A stretch of 62,327 nucleotides of DNA, filler included, from Choristocarpus tenellus KU-1152 (lineage: Eukaryota > Protista > Phaeophyceae), in assembly GCA_964200185.2 (NCBI GenBank). It is 11 parts of 11 records of this genome, joined end to end, with 100 filler letters (N's around TTAATTAATTAA, not from the genome) between each part and the next. Parts side by side here need not be neighbours in the genome. Positions count along the whole stretch, not along the records: positions 37,500 to 47,640 come from CAXNAD020003130.1; positions 47,741 to 54,266 come from CAXNAD020007936.1; positions 54,367 to 57,859 come from CAXNAD020019654.1; 8 more parts are not named here. One strand, 5' to 3'. The notes beneath the pieces were generated by a model. It was not told the origin of the DNA. It did no database searches and saw only the letters and a program-made list of their open reading frames with translations. Positions 41,385 through 54,607 of the stretch are shown here, one piece after another (position 1 is the first letter of the stretch; every line of letters begins with the position of its first letter). A program made the translations under genes and the position numbers.

Positions 41385-41715
41385 TATTACAAAATGCTCC
41401 GCAAGGTTATCATGATGGGATATGTAGGTCCAATCCACAAGCCTGTATGCGAATGATGAGGTTTATAGAGGGCGCCTTAATGTGGAACTATAAAATATGT
41501 TGGATCTCTTTCACATTGATAATTTACTTTAGTGCTTTGATTGGGGTATACAGAAAGGACTGAACAAGCATGCACTACGAGCCATGTTTGGTCTCATAAT
41601 AACTAAGTTATATGTTAATGGTCAAGAAGTACAATTCTACAACAAACAAAAAACTTGAACTTCAAGGTTATAACGGCGATTATGAAACTGCCATTAAGAC
41701 TAATCGCCTGTTTCA
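41385..41715 (+). mobile_element. Repeat family D copy
   Basis: Homology to 43497-43846. Confidence 0.7.
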
Positions 41716-42124
41716 TGCCCCCCCAGCATGAAGCATTACTGCTTCAATGCGAATAATAGTCGGTTGGACAAGGAAGTAAATTTCACTTATCCTATCATAA
41801 ACGTAGCAGAAGTGAATGGAATTCACTTCCAGGTTCTAACGTATCAGTAGGCAGAGTTGGAGATCCAGCGGAGGAGGAAAGCTGAAGGACAAACCTCCTT
41901 CCAACGTTTGACCTGACTACAGATATGCTGGCATGACACTCGCATCTCACGACACTCACACTGCTCTTGACTTGACGTTCAAGGGAATACCCCCACACTC
42001 ATATCAAAATAGGGTACTCTCCCTTTCAGAACCCTGAATGCAGAAAGATACAGACACAAAATAACAAGAATAAAGAAATAGGAGACTGCTGTAGAAAGAG
42101 ACTCTCCCTCCCTCAGAAATTTGA

Positions 42125-42378
42125 GACCCAAAGGATCAGAGGGTAGGAGTTTTGCCCTGTTTGTCCGTTCGGGACTTTGCTTCCCACAGGTTTTTGTGCC
42201 CTTTTTCGTTTTTCTATGTGAACACAGTTACCTAGAATGTGTATGACTATGAAAGGTGTGTCTGGAGCAAATATATTGACACTCGCTAACAAACATGATA
42301 GCCAAAATGAATCAAAATCGCAACATTGGATGTATGACCTCAAACGGACATGGCCCTACCCTCTTAAATGCTTCGACT
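42125..42378 (-). mobile_element. MITE subfamily A2
   Basis: Reverse-complement homology to 25607-25861. Confidence 0.8.
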
Positions 42379-42558
42379 ATGAACATAAACAAATACAGAC
42401 AAAAATGTCTCACAATAACATAGAGTAGAGTACTGCCATAGAACGACTTTTCCCCTTCACAATCATCAAGGCAAATTATTACAAACGCAAGAACCACAAT
42501 AACATTGAAATAGGGTACTGTCATAGGAAGACTCTCCCCTTTCAGAACTATAAACACA

Positions 42559-42831
42559 GAGTGAAAGTATCTTAGAGGGTACGAGTTTCGCCCTGTTTGT
42601 CCATTTGGGTCTTTACTTTCCATGTGTTCTTTTATGACATTTTCCTACTCCAAAATGTTTAGGGGTAAGTAAAGTGTATATGTTCTGAAAAGGTGTGTCC
42701 GAAACATAGTGCCCAGAACATGGATATATTAACCCTTCCTAACAGACACGATACCCAAAATTACATCAAAAACGCAACATTTGATTTTGACGCCCAAATG
42801 CATGCGGCTCTACCCTCTAACATACTTGGCC
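42559..42831 (-). mobile_element. MITE family A copy
   Basis: Both TIRs present; flanks CACA/TACA. Confidence 0.88.
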
Positions 42832-43496
42832 TACAAATATACACAAGGCAGGAAATTATTGTCCCACAGTCACATAGAAATAGTTTACTATCATAGAAAG
42901 GCTCTCCCTCGTTGTAACCAAATGTAATTTGTGACCCATTCATCCGTATGTGGCAATCTACCCCCCCCTATTGCTATTTCCAGTGTGCCCTTGTTTGCTG
43001 CTCCAAAAGATTTGAGATATCTGACTTGTCCTGCCATCCTTTAGTCTCATTCTCCAGGTACTCAGCCCGAGTATCCGGCCTCTGTCCTTTCTCTTTGTTC
43101 CACACCTTCTTGTCAGGGGTACCTATGGATCAAAACAAAAACGGTGATCTTGAGTACAAGTCATTGATGCGAACCGGTGCAGACAGTAAGGCGGAGCTGG
43201 ACTCTTTTACGCAGCCTCAAGGTCGTAAAAGAGAGTCTGAAGCCATGATTTCGAGCGTAGTCCATCGATGTAAACACGAGTGAATGCCTTCATTCGTGGT
43301 AGCAAGGTCTGCTCCTTGCTGGGGGTGTGGTGTCTGAGCCACAGATGTGACGATGCAGACCCTTTAGCCCTCCAATTCGAGATAATTCACTTGGAGATGG
43401 AGATGAGTCCAGGACATACCAAGGAGGAGCTATCAAGAATCCCGTGTCATGAGCTGAGAATTTCTTTTAGCATGAAGAGACAAGGTAGGACCTCCA

Positions 43497-43747
43497 TGTT
43501 ACAAACGCTTCGCAAGCTTATCATGATGGGATATACAGCTCCAATCCACAAGTCCGTAGGCGAATGATGAGGTTCATAGAGGGTGCCTTAATGGAAATAT
43601 AATCAAATATTGTGGATCACTCACTTCGATTTTTCACTTTATTGCTTTGATTGGGGTATACAGAATGGACTGAACAAAGACGCATGAGCAATGTTTGGAC
43701 TCATAATGACACTAAATGATGTGTAAATCGTCAAGTAGTACAATAGT

Positions 43748-43784
<37 letters not shown>

Positions 43785-43846
43785 CTAGGACTTCAAGGTC
43801 AAAATGGCGAGTATGGAACTACCATTAAGACCCGTCGCCTGTGACA
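43497..43846 (+). mobile_element. Repeat family D copy (TGTTACA...TGTGACA) with internal (TA)n
   Basis: Homology to 3379-3718 and 41385-41715. Confidence 0.72.
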
Positions 43847-44757
43847 CATGAGGGGACGTGTGATTGTGGTACGAGCATATGTATGGGTGGCAAGGTGAAT
43901 GATGTCAGGCATGTTGTGCTTACATGTATGTATGTATGTGTCCTTATTGACGGTAGGTTGGAGCGCCTGGCTTGTATTCCTTATCCTATTTTGGCTTTGT
44001 TTCTGGTGCCTTTGAAATTTACACCCTATATGATGTTTTACCCTTCTGTATTTGTCTGTGTATGTCAGAGGGCTTACTTGCACGACCCTACAGCAGTGTT
44101 GGACACAGCTTTGGTGATGTGTATTGGATTGTGTTGCGTATCCGCAAATGATATTTGAGCTTGTAAGGAGCGAAGGGGGGCGGGGGGTGAAGCCAGGGGT
44201 TTGTGGCACCCCTGATCCATGATCTCCTGGGTGAATATGTGTTGTGGTAGAGAGTGAGGACAGTTTGTACCATTACGCTGCAGACCTAGCAATGAATAGT
44301 GGTGACCGAGTTTGAATTAATCAGATCACGGTGTGTGTAGAAGTGTTTTTTGGGACCGTATATGTTGTATTGTACGGAGTTTGTGAGGAGTAGTTAACGT
44401 CATTATTGTTGTCACTGAGGTTAGTCCGTGTAGGAAGTAGGGGATGAGGACAACAAGTCTTACCCAACATACAAAAAATACAGAGTGTAGCTTACTCCTA
44501 TTATGTGTTACTTGACATTGTTACGTCCAAGGGCGGTTTTATGTACAAAGTAAATTTAGTACTATTTCGAAGTAGTAGGTTACTCTCCTCAGTATTTCGT
44601 TGGTACAATTTCATCAACTGACGAGATACTCTGTACCAGAGAAAGTGAAGTGTTCACCACATGATACATCTATTGACTTTAATTCGGTACAGGTCAGTAG
44701 ATTGGGAGAGGGGAACGGTATTTGAGAGTTGACGTTGGAGACTAAGCACTAGTACCA

Positions 44758-45016
44758 GAGTGGAAGTATCTTAGAGGTTACAAGTTTTGCCATGTTTGTC
44801 CATTTAGGGCTTGGCTTCCTGTGGGTTTTCTTATGACATTTTTCCACTCCAAAATGTTTCCGAGTAGGTAAAATGTATACGTTATGAAAAGGTGTGTCCA
44901 GAACGAGGATACTGACACTTCCTAACAAACACGGTAGCCAAAATTACATCAAAATCGCAACATTGGATTTTGGCCCCCAAATGGACGCGGCCCTACCCTC
45001 TAAGATACTTTGACTC
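44758..45016 (-). mobile_element. MITE family A, young full copy (259 bp)
   Basis: Perfect 4-bp TSD ACCA; 4 mismatches to 40910-41168. Confidence 0.97.
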
Positions 45017-45499
45017 ACCACCTACGTGGGGCTCAGCTTAGTTGATAGAGAGTTCTGTGCAACACAGAAAAGGATATTAAGTCAATAGTGAAGTCAACAG
45101 GGACGGAGGCAGCACCATGTGCTTTTTGTAGTAAGTGGCAGCCCTCTCAAACCTTGCTAGGGGGTGTATCACGATTTCCGGAACCCACATTTTGCTCACA
45201 TATCCTTTTTTTTTTAACATTGATTATCGTACAGACGTGGCCACAATTTCCTGTGAACCTGAAGGAGCAGTATGGTCTTCAGGTGGTGGAGTCCAGGCCT
45301 TTAGTGCTCCGGAGTATTTTTGTGTGTTGCCCCCTTGCTTGTTGGCTTCTAGGTCAAATCCTCTCTCAATTCCTCACACATACATACATCAATATGACTA
45401 GGATGCATCTACACAGATTTCTCCGTCAAGAAAAGGTATACCGCATGTAGCAAGTGTAGTATGTCAATATGTGATGGGTCCCAATAGGTCGTTCCTCCA

Positions 45500-45990
45500 T
45501 CAATCAACGCACTGAGGTAACGTTTATGCTTCCACTCCCATATTGTAATGCAAAAGGGCCCTTACCACATACGCCTGGGAAGATATCTCGTAAATTTATT
45601 TGGGAGATTTGGTCCCCCTATCCAGCAATGGTTTTGATTGTCTGCATTTTTATCATCCACGACAGATAACTTTATCCATTAATCTACATTTGTTTCGAAC
45701 CACGATTATAATCACCATGTATTTATGCAAGAGGCAGCAACGTAGTTCAAGACGTACACACTTGAAATTTTCAAAGGTTGTTAGGCATTAGAACAAACCA
45801 TACATGGAGTAAGCAATGGTGGTGCCATAGATATTACCCTTTTCTTTGTTCTGGTCAGAGTTATCCGCCACAAAAGGTATGCGCGCAGTTTCATTTAGTG
45901 GTAAGACAAATATTTGTGGAATGTTGTTTCGTTTACTACTCGCCTGCTTGCATATCAACATCAGTCATAGTACAACGTGATCGCTCTCCT
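45500..45990 (-). mobile_element. Possible highly decayed Copia RT remnant
   Basis: Fragments KQASSKRNN, LSVVDD and SQAYVVRALLHYNM occur in the order expected for Copia RT; many stops. Confidence 0.3.
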
Positions 45991-47191
45991 TTGGTGGTGG
46001 TTGGGTCTCATGGTGTATACACTGTTAACCTGTAGAGCTATGGTTCACATTCTTTTTGTGAACTACCAACAACATCGAGCTTCCCCCTACAAAAAGTAAA
46101 GTAGATACTTGAATAATATTAAATTTTGACATTGATAATGTACTGTACAAGTTGTGGTTCGTACATATTAGAGCCCTCCTAGGTACGTACCAAATAAACT
46201 CTAAGTTCGTGGCTAAGCCTCATCAGCGTGCATGGAATTGAAGACCCGGGTTGCCCTCACTTTCTTCTAATTGCTGCAGGACATTATCTGGAAATTCCTT
46301 CCCAAAAATCATTTTCCGTTTCTACCCTGGTGGGGATTGCTCTACAAGCAGTTACTGCCCACAATCAAGACCTATCACAGTGATACATAACAAAAAAGCA
46401 ATTCCTAGGGAATGATTCAAATACAATGCATTCAAGACGCCACTCAAGTTTGGTGTTTTACACCTCAGGCAACAACGAAAAATGAACAATAAAATCAAAA
46501 ACAAACAACCATCAATGGTGCAGCTTGACTATCCCAAAAACTATTGTTCCACATGGAGACATAGAAGCATTGATAGAAACAAACAAAGAACAGCTACTCA
46601 AGGGATAGGGTTAGGACGAATCATCAGGTTCGACAACAATAGAGTCAGCATAAGTCAAAGACAAAGGGAGGTACAGTACATGCCAAACTAAGGTATATTA
46701 TGAACCTCTCTTCTTGTCTACGCATGTTGAGTAGGATCGTGAGCACCATCAGTCCCCGTGAAGGGGCGAGATACTGTGCGAAAGGGGACAAACTTGGGGA
46801 AAATATTACGAGCATCAGCTAGAAAGAAACGAAAAGCTTGGCTCGACTTTCGAAAGAAATTTTCAACTTTTTTCTTTTTGTCGTTTTTTTCGGTTTCACA
46901 TTGCATCGTCCACCTCTCTCTCCGGAGCAAGGAGAAGAAAACCTGCTCAACAGACAGGAGAATCCCTTCACACCAACCAATTACAACTAGATGTCACAGC
47001 ATCTGTATCCTTTGGATCAAATAAACACCACCGCCAACACCACATCTCTTTATACATACTTCGAAACATATACATACTTCGAAACACTTGAATCACAACA
47101 AGAGGAAAGTACTTCCTTTCAACTCACACACCAGCCAATCACAGCAGCGATAACATAAAAGAACAAACAGCAAGGTGATTCCTCTACTCTC

Positions 47192-47455
47192 TCAGTCAAG
47201 CCCGCTAAAACTACTCCCCATTTTCGCCCTCGCCCCAGCCCCTGCAGAGCCTCCGCCCAGGCCGCCGTTCTTTTTCCTAACATAGTCCAACAGGTCTTCC
47301 AGTCCCAATGGATTCCAGCGCCCGGAACCTGGAGCAGTCTCTGCAAATGCAACACTCTGGTCCAGATAGATGGAGACGCCTCCAAAGGAGTATATCTTGC
47401 AAGTCCAAGTTGCAGTAGCATGGGGAAACATGGGGTATAGGACTGAATGAAGGTA
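47192..47455 (-). CDS. Terminal exon of an unidentified protein
   Basis: Acceptor ttgcag, then YLHSVLYPMFPHATATWTCKIYSFGGVSIYLDQSVAFAETAPGSGRWNPLGLEDLLDY...; globular-looking sequence ending in a stop. Confidence 0.6.
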   Translation of the reverse strand, partial: YLHSVLYPMFPHATATWTCKIYSFGGVSIYLDQSVAFAETAPGSGRWNPLGLEDLLDYVRKKNGGLGGGSAGAGARAKMGSSFSGLD

Positions 47456-47740
47456 CTGCAACTCATAAACGACAGTCATACGCATAACAACATGGAGAGG
47501 TTAAACCAAGGCACCAAATTGGCTTTATGTGTGAGATACAGGACAGACAAGGTTTTCAACCGGTGGCACCATTCCAGTGATTAAGTCCCCATCTTCCTCC
47601 CTCCCCTCCCCCCCCCCAAAAAAAAACACACAAAAAACACNNNNNNNNNNNNNNNNNNNNNNNNNNNNNNNNNNNNNNNNNNNNTTAATTAATTAANNNN
47701 NNNNNNNNNNNNNNNNNNNNNNNNNNNNNNNNNNNNNNNN

Positions 47741-47849
47741 ATTGACACTCCCTAACAAACACGATAGCCAAAAATATTACATCAAAATCGCAATATTGGA
47801 TTTTGGCCGCCAAATGGACGCAGCTCTACCCTCTAAGATACTTTGGCTC
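47741..47849 (-). mobile_element. MITE family A, partial (cut by a gap)
   Basis: Ends ctaccctctaagatactttggctc. Confidence 0.88.
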
Positions 47850-48339
47850 ATTTCATCCATGGAAAAAAGGGAAAATTGCAAAAGATGAAAAGGCGGCATT
47901 AAATTAAAAACAGTCAAAACCTGGTTTTCTCTCATTTACCGCAACTCTTTGATTCATTGGAAACAAATGAATGAACCCTTTGTCAGCGCAGGGTTCAATT
48001 TGATGCATCAGTGATGAACTATTTGTCCCATGATTTGTTTGTATAATATTGCATTAAAAAAAACTGAACCTGACCCTCTTTCATCAATCCCTTGGTTACG
48101 GCCGTCTATAGTGCTAACAGTTAAAATAATTAATTTTCTGTTATTGCTGTCTAGTAACACGACTGACACACAACAATTGACCTTGAGGAAAGTGTGTGTG
48201 GTTACCCATAGAGATTTGTGACTCGAAACTGTAAGGGTGCTTTTTTCGTGTCAAATTCCTAGCGGTACATCCTCAAAAAACAGCTAACATCAATTTTCTC
48301 ATCTGCTGTTCAGTGCTCAAATATACAAGGGTAGTCCAG

Positions 48340-49230
48340 GAACTCACAGTACACCCTGAAGCACCACCCTCGTAGACTTGCCGTTCCTGCCTGTAGCTTG
48401 GAGTACAAAATCCGCAGCTTCCTTATCCTCCAGTCTACTGTCATTTCCCAAGGTACACTTGCACTTATTAACCCTTGCACTGACCAAGCCTTCTTGGTAG
48501 GGAGTCAGTTGATTTTGACTCCAGAGTTGAACAGGATACCGAAATCTCCGTCCCACAAGGAGCTGGGCATCACACTCTTATTCTGAACCTCTTCACCTGT
48601 CATCACCTTGAACATGGAGAACGAACGCGCTTGACCCCTGATGTCGTCAACCCTGACAGGACGTTGTTGATCTTGTTGATGGTGAAGGGAACCAACCCAC
48701 ATGTAGGCACCATCCCCTTGGTGTGTTCTGTGGACAGATTGCCAGCCAAATGTGTGTGTCATTCCTCCCAATATTATTCTGTTGAAGTAGTATATGCATT
48801 GGTTGGACTTGGGAAACTCTGTAGCTGCCCCTCCATAGGAGCTCAGAGTACCATGCATTGCCATTACTCTTATCCTTCCTATCTTAGTCTGTGTGCAGGT
48901 TATTGTACATGGACCCTGTCCTTGGCGCTTCTCCATAGATGCAATCCAATTCCAACCATACCCCCTTGTCATTTACAAGTTGTCCTTGTTGCGATGTATC
49001 TTACCACCAGAGCTGACACTCACCCCTTTGTCGCTTGAAAAAGAAAAAATCACAGCAGCCTATTGATATGCATCGCAAACACTCACTCCATGTATTTCCA
49101 GCGCGGAGGTGGTTGTGGGAGGCTCGGGGATCTCAAATCCTTCTACTGTAATATCGTACAGGCCCTTTCTCCTAGCATGGTCTATAACCAACAGACTCCA
49201 GATCTACAAGGTCTCAAGTGTCCGAACAGT
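48340..49230 (-). mobile_element. Decayed Copia-type gag remnant
   Basis: WSLLVIDHARRKGLYDITVEGFEIPEPP (WxxxxxxxxxxKGLxxxxxG...P) and GVWLELDCIYG (WxxLxxxY), with stops and frameshifts. Confidence 0.45.
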
Positions 49231-49907
49231 TGCGCCTTTCTGTATGGGCAGCTTTTAAAGATAATTCTCCATTTTTGTCAAGGACTGTCATGATTATGGC
49301 AGTCGCTGGAAGTACCACAGTTTTTGGATGGAAATTTACTGTATCGTAGGATTTTGATTGACCACAGCAAATCCAGATCACTACCCTACCATACCACGGA
49401 AATCCCAGAACAACTACACTACTGTCACTGTCAAGAAATTAAACAGTGCTTGCTACTCTACCAAAACATGGTAATCCCAGAGTTGCTGTACCAGTACAGT
49501 TTAAAAGCAGGATACACTGTACATATCATTGTACAGTACAATTACTATTCAAACCTGTTACCATACCATACCAACTGATGAATAATACATATACAAATGT
49601 CTTATTTTACCTACATGCACTTAAACAACACAAGGTCTAGACTCCAAAAATGGAGGTGGCAATAGTGCCTACAACATCGACAATGCATAGGGGAGGGTGG
49701 TGGTGCCACAACTAAATCATCGAAAATTTAGACTGATGATAGCTGGACCCGAAAAATATCATGAAAACTTGACATTTCCATTTCAAGGCCAAATAATGGC
49801 ACAAAATTTGAAATGACAGCGTAATTTTCCGAATACAGCCAAATAGTGTATTTTTTTGTTTTATATGATTCTGATCCCCGACCTGCATCCCTAACCCCTC
49901 CCCTCAC

Positions 49908-52745
49908 AAGTGCAACTCCAAAGAAAGTGTTTCTTGTGCCAAGTCTTCCTCCAGATGCAAGGTCTTCCTCCTGACCAGGTCTCGCTCCTCATGCAACACA
50001 CTGTGTTGAACTCCACTCCGTTCCACAAGGTATATAAACAAGTGCCAGAAGAAGAGAAAAAAAATACATGACCTAAATCAAGATGTCTAAATCAAATATT
50101 ATATTATCAAAGCCCTCTCACTACAAACTGTATGCATGTAGTGTGCACAAAGCAAATTGAAACAACGAAAAGCAAGAACCCCCCCCAACAATATGAAACA
50201 AGAACAACTGATGAATATACATATCGATCCCATCCAATCACAACACATGAGTAGCCAATAATGATTACACTAGTGAACGTTCAGCAACAAGGTCGTCTGA
50301 GTGACCAAGAACAGCAGGACTGGTAAGTCTCAAAACAACACCTTCAAATAACATTTTCCACACAAACATTACATGTAATTCCCCCAATAAGTCACATCCA
50401 CTGCTGGCAGACAGGAAGACAAGTCATACCAGAACAATGAGAGAGCTCACAGTATGCATGTGGGTGGAGTGCATAGTAAATGCATGTGAACAAAAGCATA
50501 CACCAACATAAAATAGAAAGGAATGAAACTAGGCAAAACAAGCAGATCTTGACACAATAATACATCATAAAAAAAAAAGTAACACAACACAAGAACAGAC
50601 TTGGGTACACAGTGGCCTTGCTCCCCACAGCAGGTAAAAAACAATGCAACAATATGACCCAGAGCTATAAAACACCTAGGTAAACCACAAGACACCATGG
50701 GAACCCTCCATTCTTCTTTACAGTTTGAATTGGAGAGGCTGATAGAAGAGCCAGGACAAAAGACAAAACACTCAAGTGCAGGCGGTGAGGCAAGCACTGC
50801 AACCCTTCAAGAGAAGGATGTTGTGGATACTGACTGGGGTGTACAGCACGCTACAAGCAAAGTAAACATATCCCACCAAAGCCCAAAAAAGACCACTTCT
50901 CCTTCCTGCACCATCTCCTACCCTTCACCACAGTGCTCATGCTGCGAGGGGCCAAAACACCTCTGTTTTGCTCAAAATAGCACACAGTACCAAAAAACAC
51001 AACCATAGTACTCCTGCATGAAATTCAACAGGAAAAGGAACAAGGTCTCAGAAAAGCACATTATCAACATACTCAGCAAGAAGAAAAAACGGTTACAAAA
51101 GATGGGAAGATGGGCATGACTGACTACTATGTGGACATATCAAGCCTCGAGAACATGCAGCACAAGAAAATTGTCTTTTCCTCCCAATTGACTTCATATT
51201 TTTAGGTAGAACATATTCCTACCCCAGGCATGCAACACACAAAACAAGACATTAAGGTAAGGAAGAGGGACGACAAACAATGTGGGCCTACCCCTCCCCA
51301 CTTATCCTCCACACTGTTAAAAAAAACATTTATGTGACCTTCGAGTTTTGCCCACAACATTATTTCTCATCTAATAAAAACATCAATACACCATGGAGCT
51401 AGGCCTGATACGAGAAATAAGAAAGTGCCAGAAGGCACAGCGGAAACAACCAAACAGCGATGACTCTAATGAGTCTAATTTTTCAAGCTAGGAACAATTT
51501 TTCATTCACTGGGCACCTGTTGGATAGAGCCTTCTCCCTCCCAAGGGATCTGCTGGCAGTGAGTCTAAACTCTATGGGAGGGAGCCCACACACCTGAAAG
51601 CACATATTCTGTTCCCAAGCCCCCAGCTGCCACATCCCGTCAATGACGAAGCAGATTTTCCCTCCAGGCCCTTCCCACCCCCCACCCAATCACCTTCCAC
51701 CTATGGAACTTTGCATGCTTGGTTCAGTCAGGGGAAGTACAGAGTGGAAGTGCCACACCAATTGCCGATCCATCTATTCACCCCAATGTGGAGACAGATG
51801 CCATGGTAACATTCATGCTCCACATTCCTACCCCCATGAGCAACACGACACCTCTGATTAGTCATTACCTGTCCCAAAACTAAATCAACAAGTGGTTCCT
51901 TAGGTGGTAAGGCAGGGGATTCGAACACACATAGCCAGGGCCAGCATTTCCACAAGAGATCAACAATCAGGCATTGTAATGCCAATATCTCCTAGCCAGC
52001 TTGCTCCAAACCTTACCCCAAACCCACATGGTCATGAGGGGGAAAACATAGAGGACACAGCAGACCCACCAACGCCACTGTCATGAGTGACACTACTGCT
52101 CAATATTGGAGGTGATTCTACATCATGACTGCAAACACCGCAAGCATCCTCCTTTGCTTCCTCCTCTTGTTCCTCTGGTACTCCTACATTTCCCACCTTC
52201 TCCTCCTCCCCTGCCAATTCCACCTCTATTGCAGCTAGCTCAGCCTGTGCATCGCACTCTACCTTGATCTCCTCCTCCAGTTCCACTCGTACTTCAGGCC
52301 CTTGTCCTTGAAAGACCAATGACACATCCGTTTCCAACACATCTTCCACACCAGACACGACTCCATCCCTAACCACCTCCAACACCTCCATGTCTGCTGC
52401 CATCCCCTTCACCTCAAACTCAATCTTCCTCTCTTCACTCACCTCCCCTCCTCCCCCTCCTACAGAAGCTTCCTCCCCTACACCAGGAGGGTCTACTGGC
52501 ATGGCCTCATCCTCTACAACTGATAACTCTGCTGCTGCTCGGAAGGGCTGGGCTGCGCTCTGTGACAGGTCAGGAGAATCAGGCGCCATGGAGGACGAAG
52601 GAGACCAGCTGATGACCCTGACTGAGGGATCGGACAACAATGGATCGCCACCCCCTCCTGCCACATCCTCACTGTAGTCTTGGGTAAGGAGATCAAAGCG
52701 ACATTCTGGGCAGACATGTCGCTGGTCTAACCATTTGCCAATGCA
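49908..52745 (-). CDS. RING-finger protein (E3-ligase-like), partial
   Basis: Exon from 52745 encodes CIGKWLDQRHVCPECR (C-terminal half of a RING) followed by a long acidic region. A possible downstream exon at ~50000-49908 encodes VLHEERDLVRRKTLHLEEDL. Confidence 0.65.
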
Positions 52746-54563
52746 CTGCAGACAAGCATACAGTACCAAGCAGGGACATATGGGGTGGGTAGGTGAGTGG
52801 GCAGGTGGGGGCGTTAAGAAGAAATAAAAAGGGAAAGCAGAAAAAAGAGAATAAGCTCAATCTACACGACTGAATTGTCTTCCTCTGTTTAGTCATAGAA
52901 GGGTATACAGTTGGTAGATCGCAAAGCATTGGCAGGGCAAGGGGAGTTCAACAAGAAAGGGTGACAAAGGAAATTGGGTGCATGCATATTAAGGTCTTAA
53001 AGAAAGACCTGTGGTGAGGTTAGGCAAGGACTAAGTGTAGACAGTAACTTTATACGTTACAGTTATTCTCATGAGCAATAAATGCCTTGCTGATAGGAAC
53101 ATTGGTATAACTTTCCAACTGGGGTCCTGTACTTTGTGTGATGTGTCATGCTCAAAAGGAACGGACGGACAGCAGGGAGCAGAAGAGTGGATTATAAAGT
53201 GCTATAGAAAGGGAGGGTAGTGGAAACTGCAGCGCAAGCACGTTGTTCCTAGCAAAAAACGGATATCCTGAACAACATTGTTTCCACAATGCAACACTCA
53301 AAAAAACAGCTGGACAGATACTGTAACAAAAAACCCGGGGGGGAATAAGTACCATGTCACTAGTGGCAAAACACAGTCCAAATGCTCTTCAAATCAAGAA
53401 TTTGACACTTCAGACCAAATTCTAAGCACCGATCACTACTAACTCGGCCTATGAAGAAACTTTTTCCCAGTGGCTTAGTGTCACCCTGTTATTTCCAGGT
53501 TTCCAGGTCATACCTTCACAAGCATAGCATTTCCTTGCACACAAGGCCCAGCATCATACAGCACGCTGAACAATTTTGACTTTTCTGACATGAACATCTC
53601 TTACATAGTACGCGAGAACTAGCATTGTAGTGAACCACAACAAGTTCAATAATAATAGAGTCAGCTTGCCTTTCAAAAAAGAACTTGAAATATTGTAACT
53701 GAAAAACATCCGATGAGCCATTGCCTTCACGCAAACAACAATTCCCTTCAAATATTCTCTTGCTGCTCAGCCACTTAGCATGCCTCGGGGGTTGCATGCA
53801 CACTCCAACTCAATCAGATACACGCAAACTTTTAAAGCCAATTTTTAGGCTTGTACCAATAAATTAATTCACAGTCTACAACACCGAAAATTAGGCACCC
53901 CAAAAAACGGAAATACAAGCATACGGAGGGTATCTATTTTCTTGACGTACAGATTGGTGCTTCATGTTCCAACTCTTAATTTGGCATTGGGGAGGAAGTA
54001 AATGTTTGGAGTTAACACTGGTCATTGCCGCATCTGACCAGTCAATATAATGTACTTTCAAATACTCGTCGTTCCACAATAAAATTTGAAGTATCAAAGT
54101 TCAAACAAACACAGGACTTTCTTTTCTCCACCGATGCCAAAATCAAGAATAAGAAAATAAAAGATATATTTAACCTGGTAAAACACCTCTTCGTGGGCAT
54201 ATAGTAGTGGCTTTTGAGTTCCTAATTCTCTTGATATAGAGAGGGGTAGCTATAGCTTCGGGCGGGNNNNNNNNNNNNNNNNNNNNNNNNNNNNNNNNNN
54301 NNNNNNNNNNTTAATTAATTAANNNNNNNNNNNNNNNNNNNNNNNNNNNNNNNNNNNNNNNNNNNNGAATTATTGGTTTGATGGATTAAACCACAATAAA
54401 ATAAAATGAAAGAACTCCCCCCCCCCTGTCCTCCTCCTCCTCCTCCGCCCCCCACATATGCGGCTCTTTAATCAAAATACATTTGAATACATAATAAAAA
54501 AAAATCTCCCCTGCATGCCTCTCACATAGAGTTCAAATCTGTTTGTGTGTTTGTGTTTGTGTT

Positions 54564-54607
<44 letters not shown>

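Noticed and set aside
40910-45016. A single 4.1-kb transposon with 259-bp TIRs
   Set aside because: Each repeat has its own TSD and the outer flanks (AAGT versus ACCA) do not match.
51905-51935. tRNA-like T-arm and CCA on the minus strand (gttcgaatcccctgccttacca)
   Set aside because: No D-arm, anticodon arm or acceptor pairing upstream.
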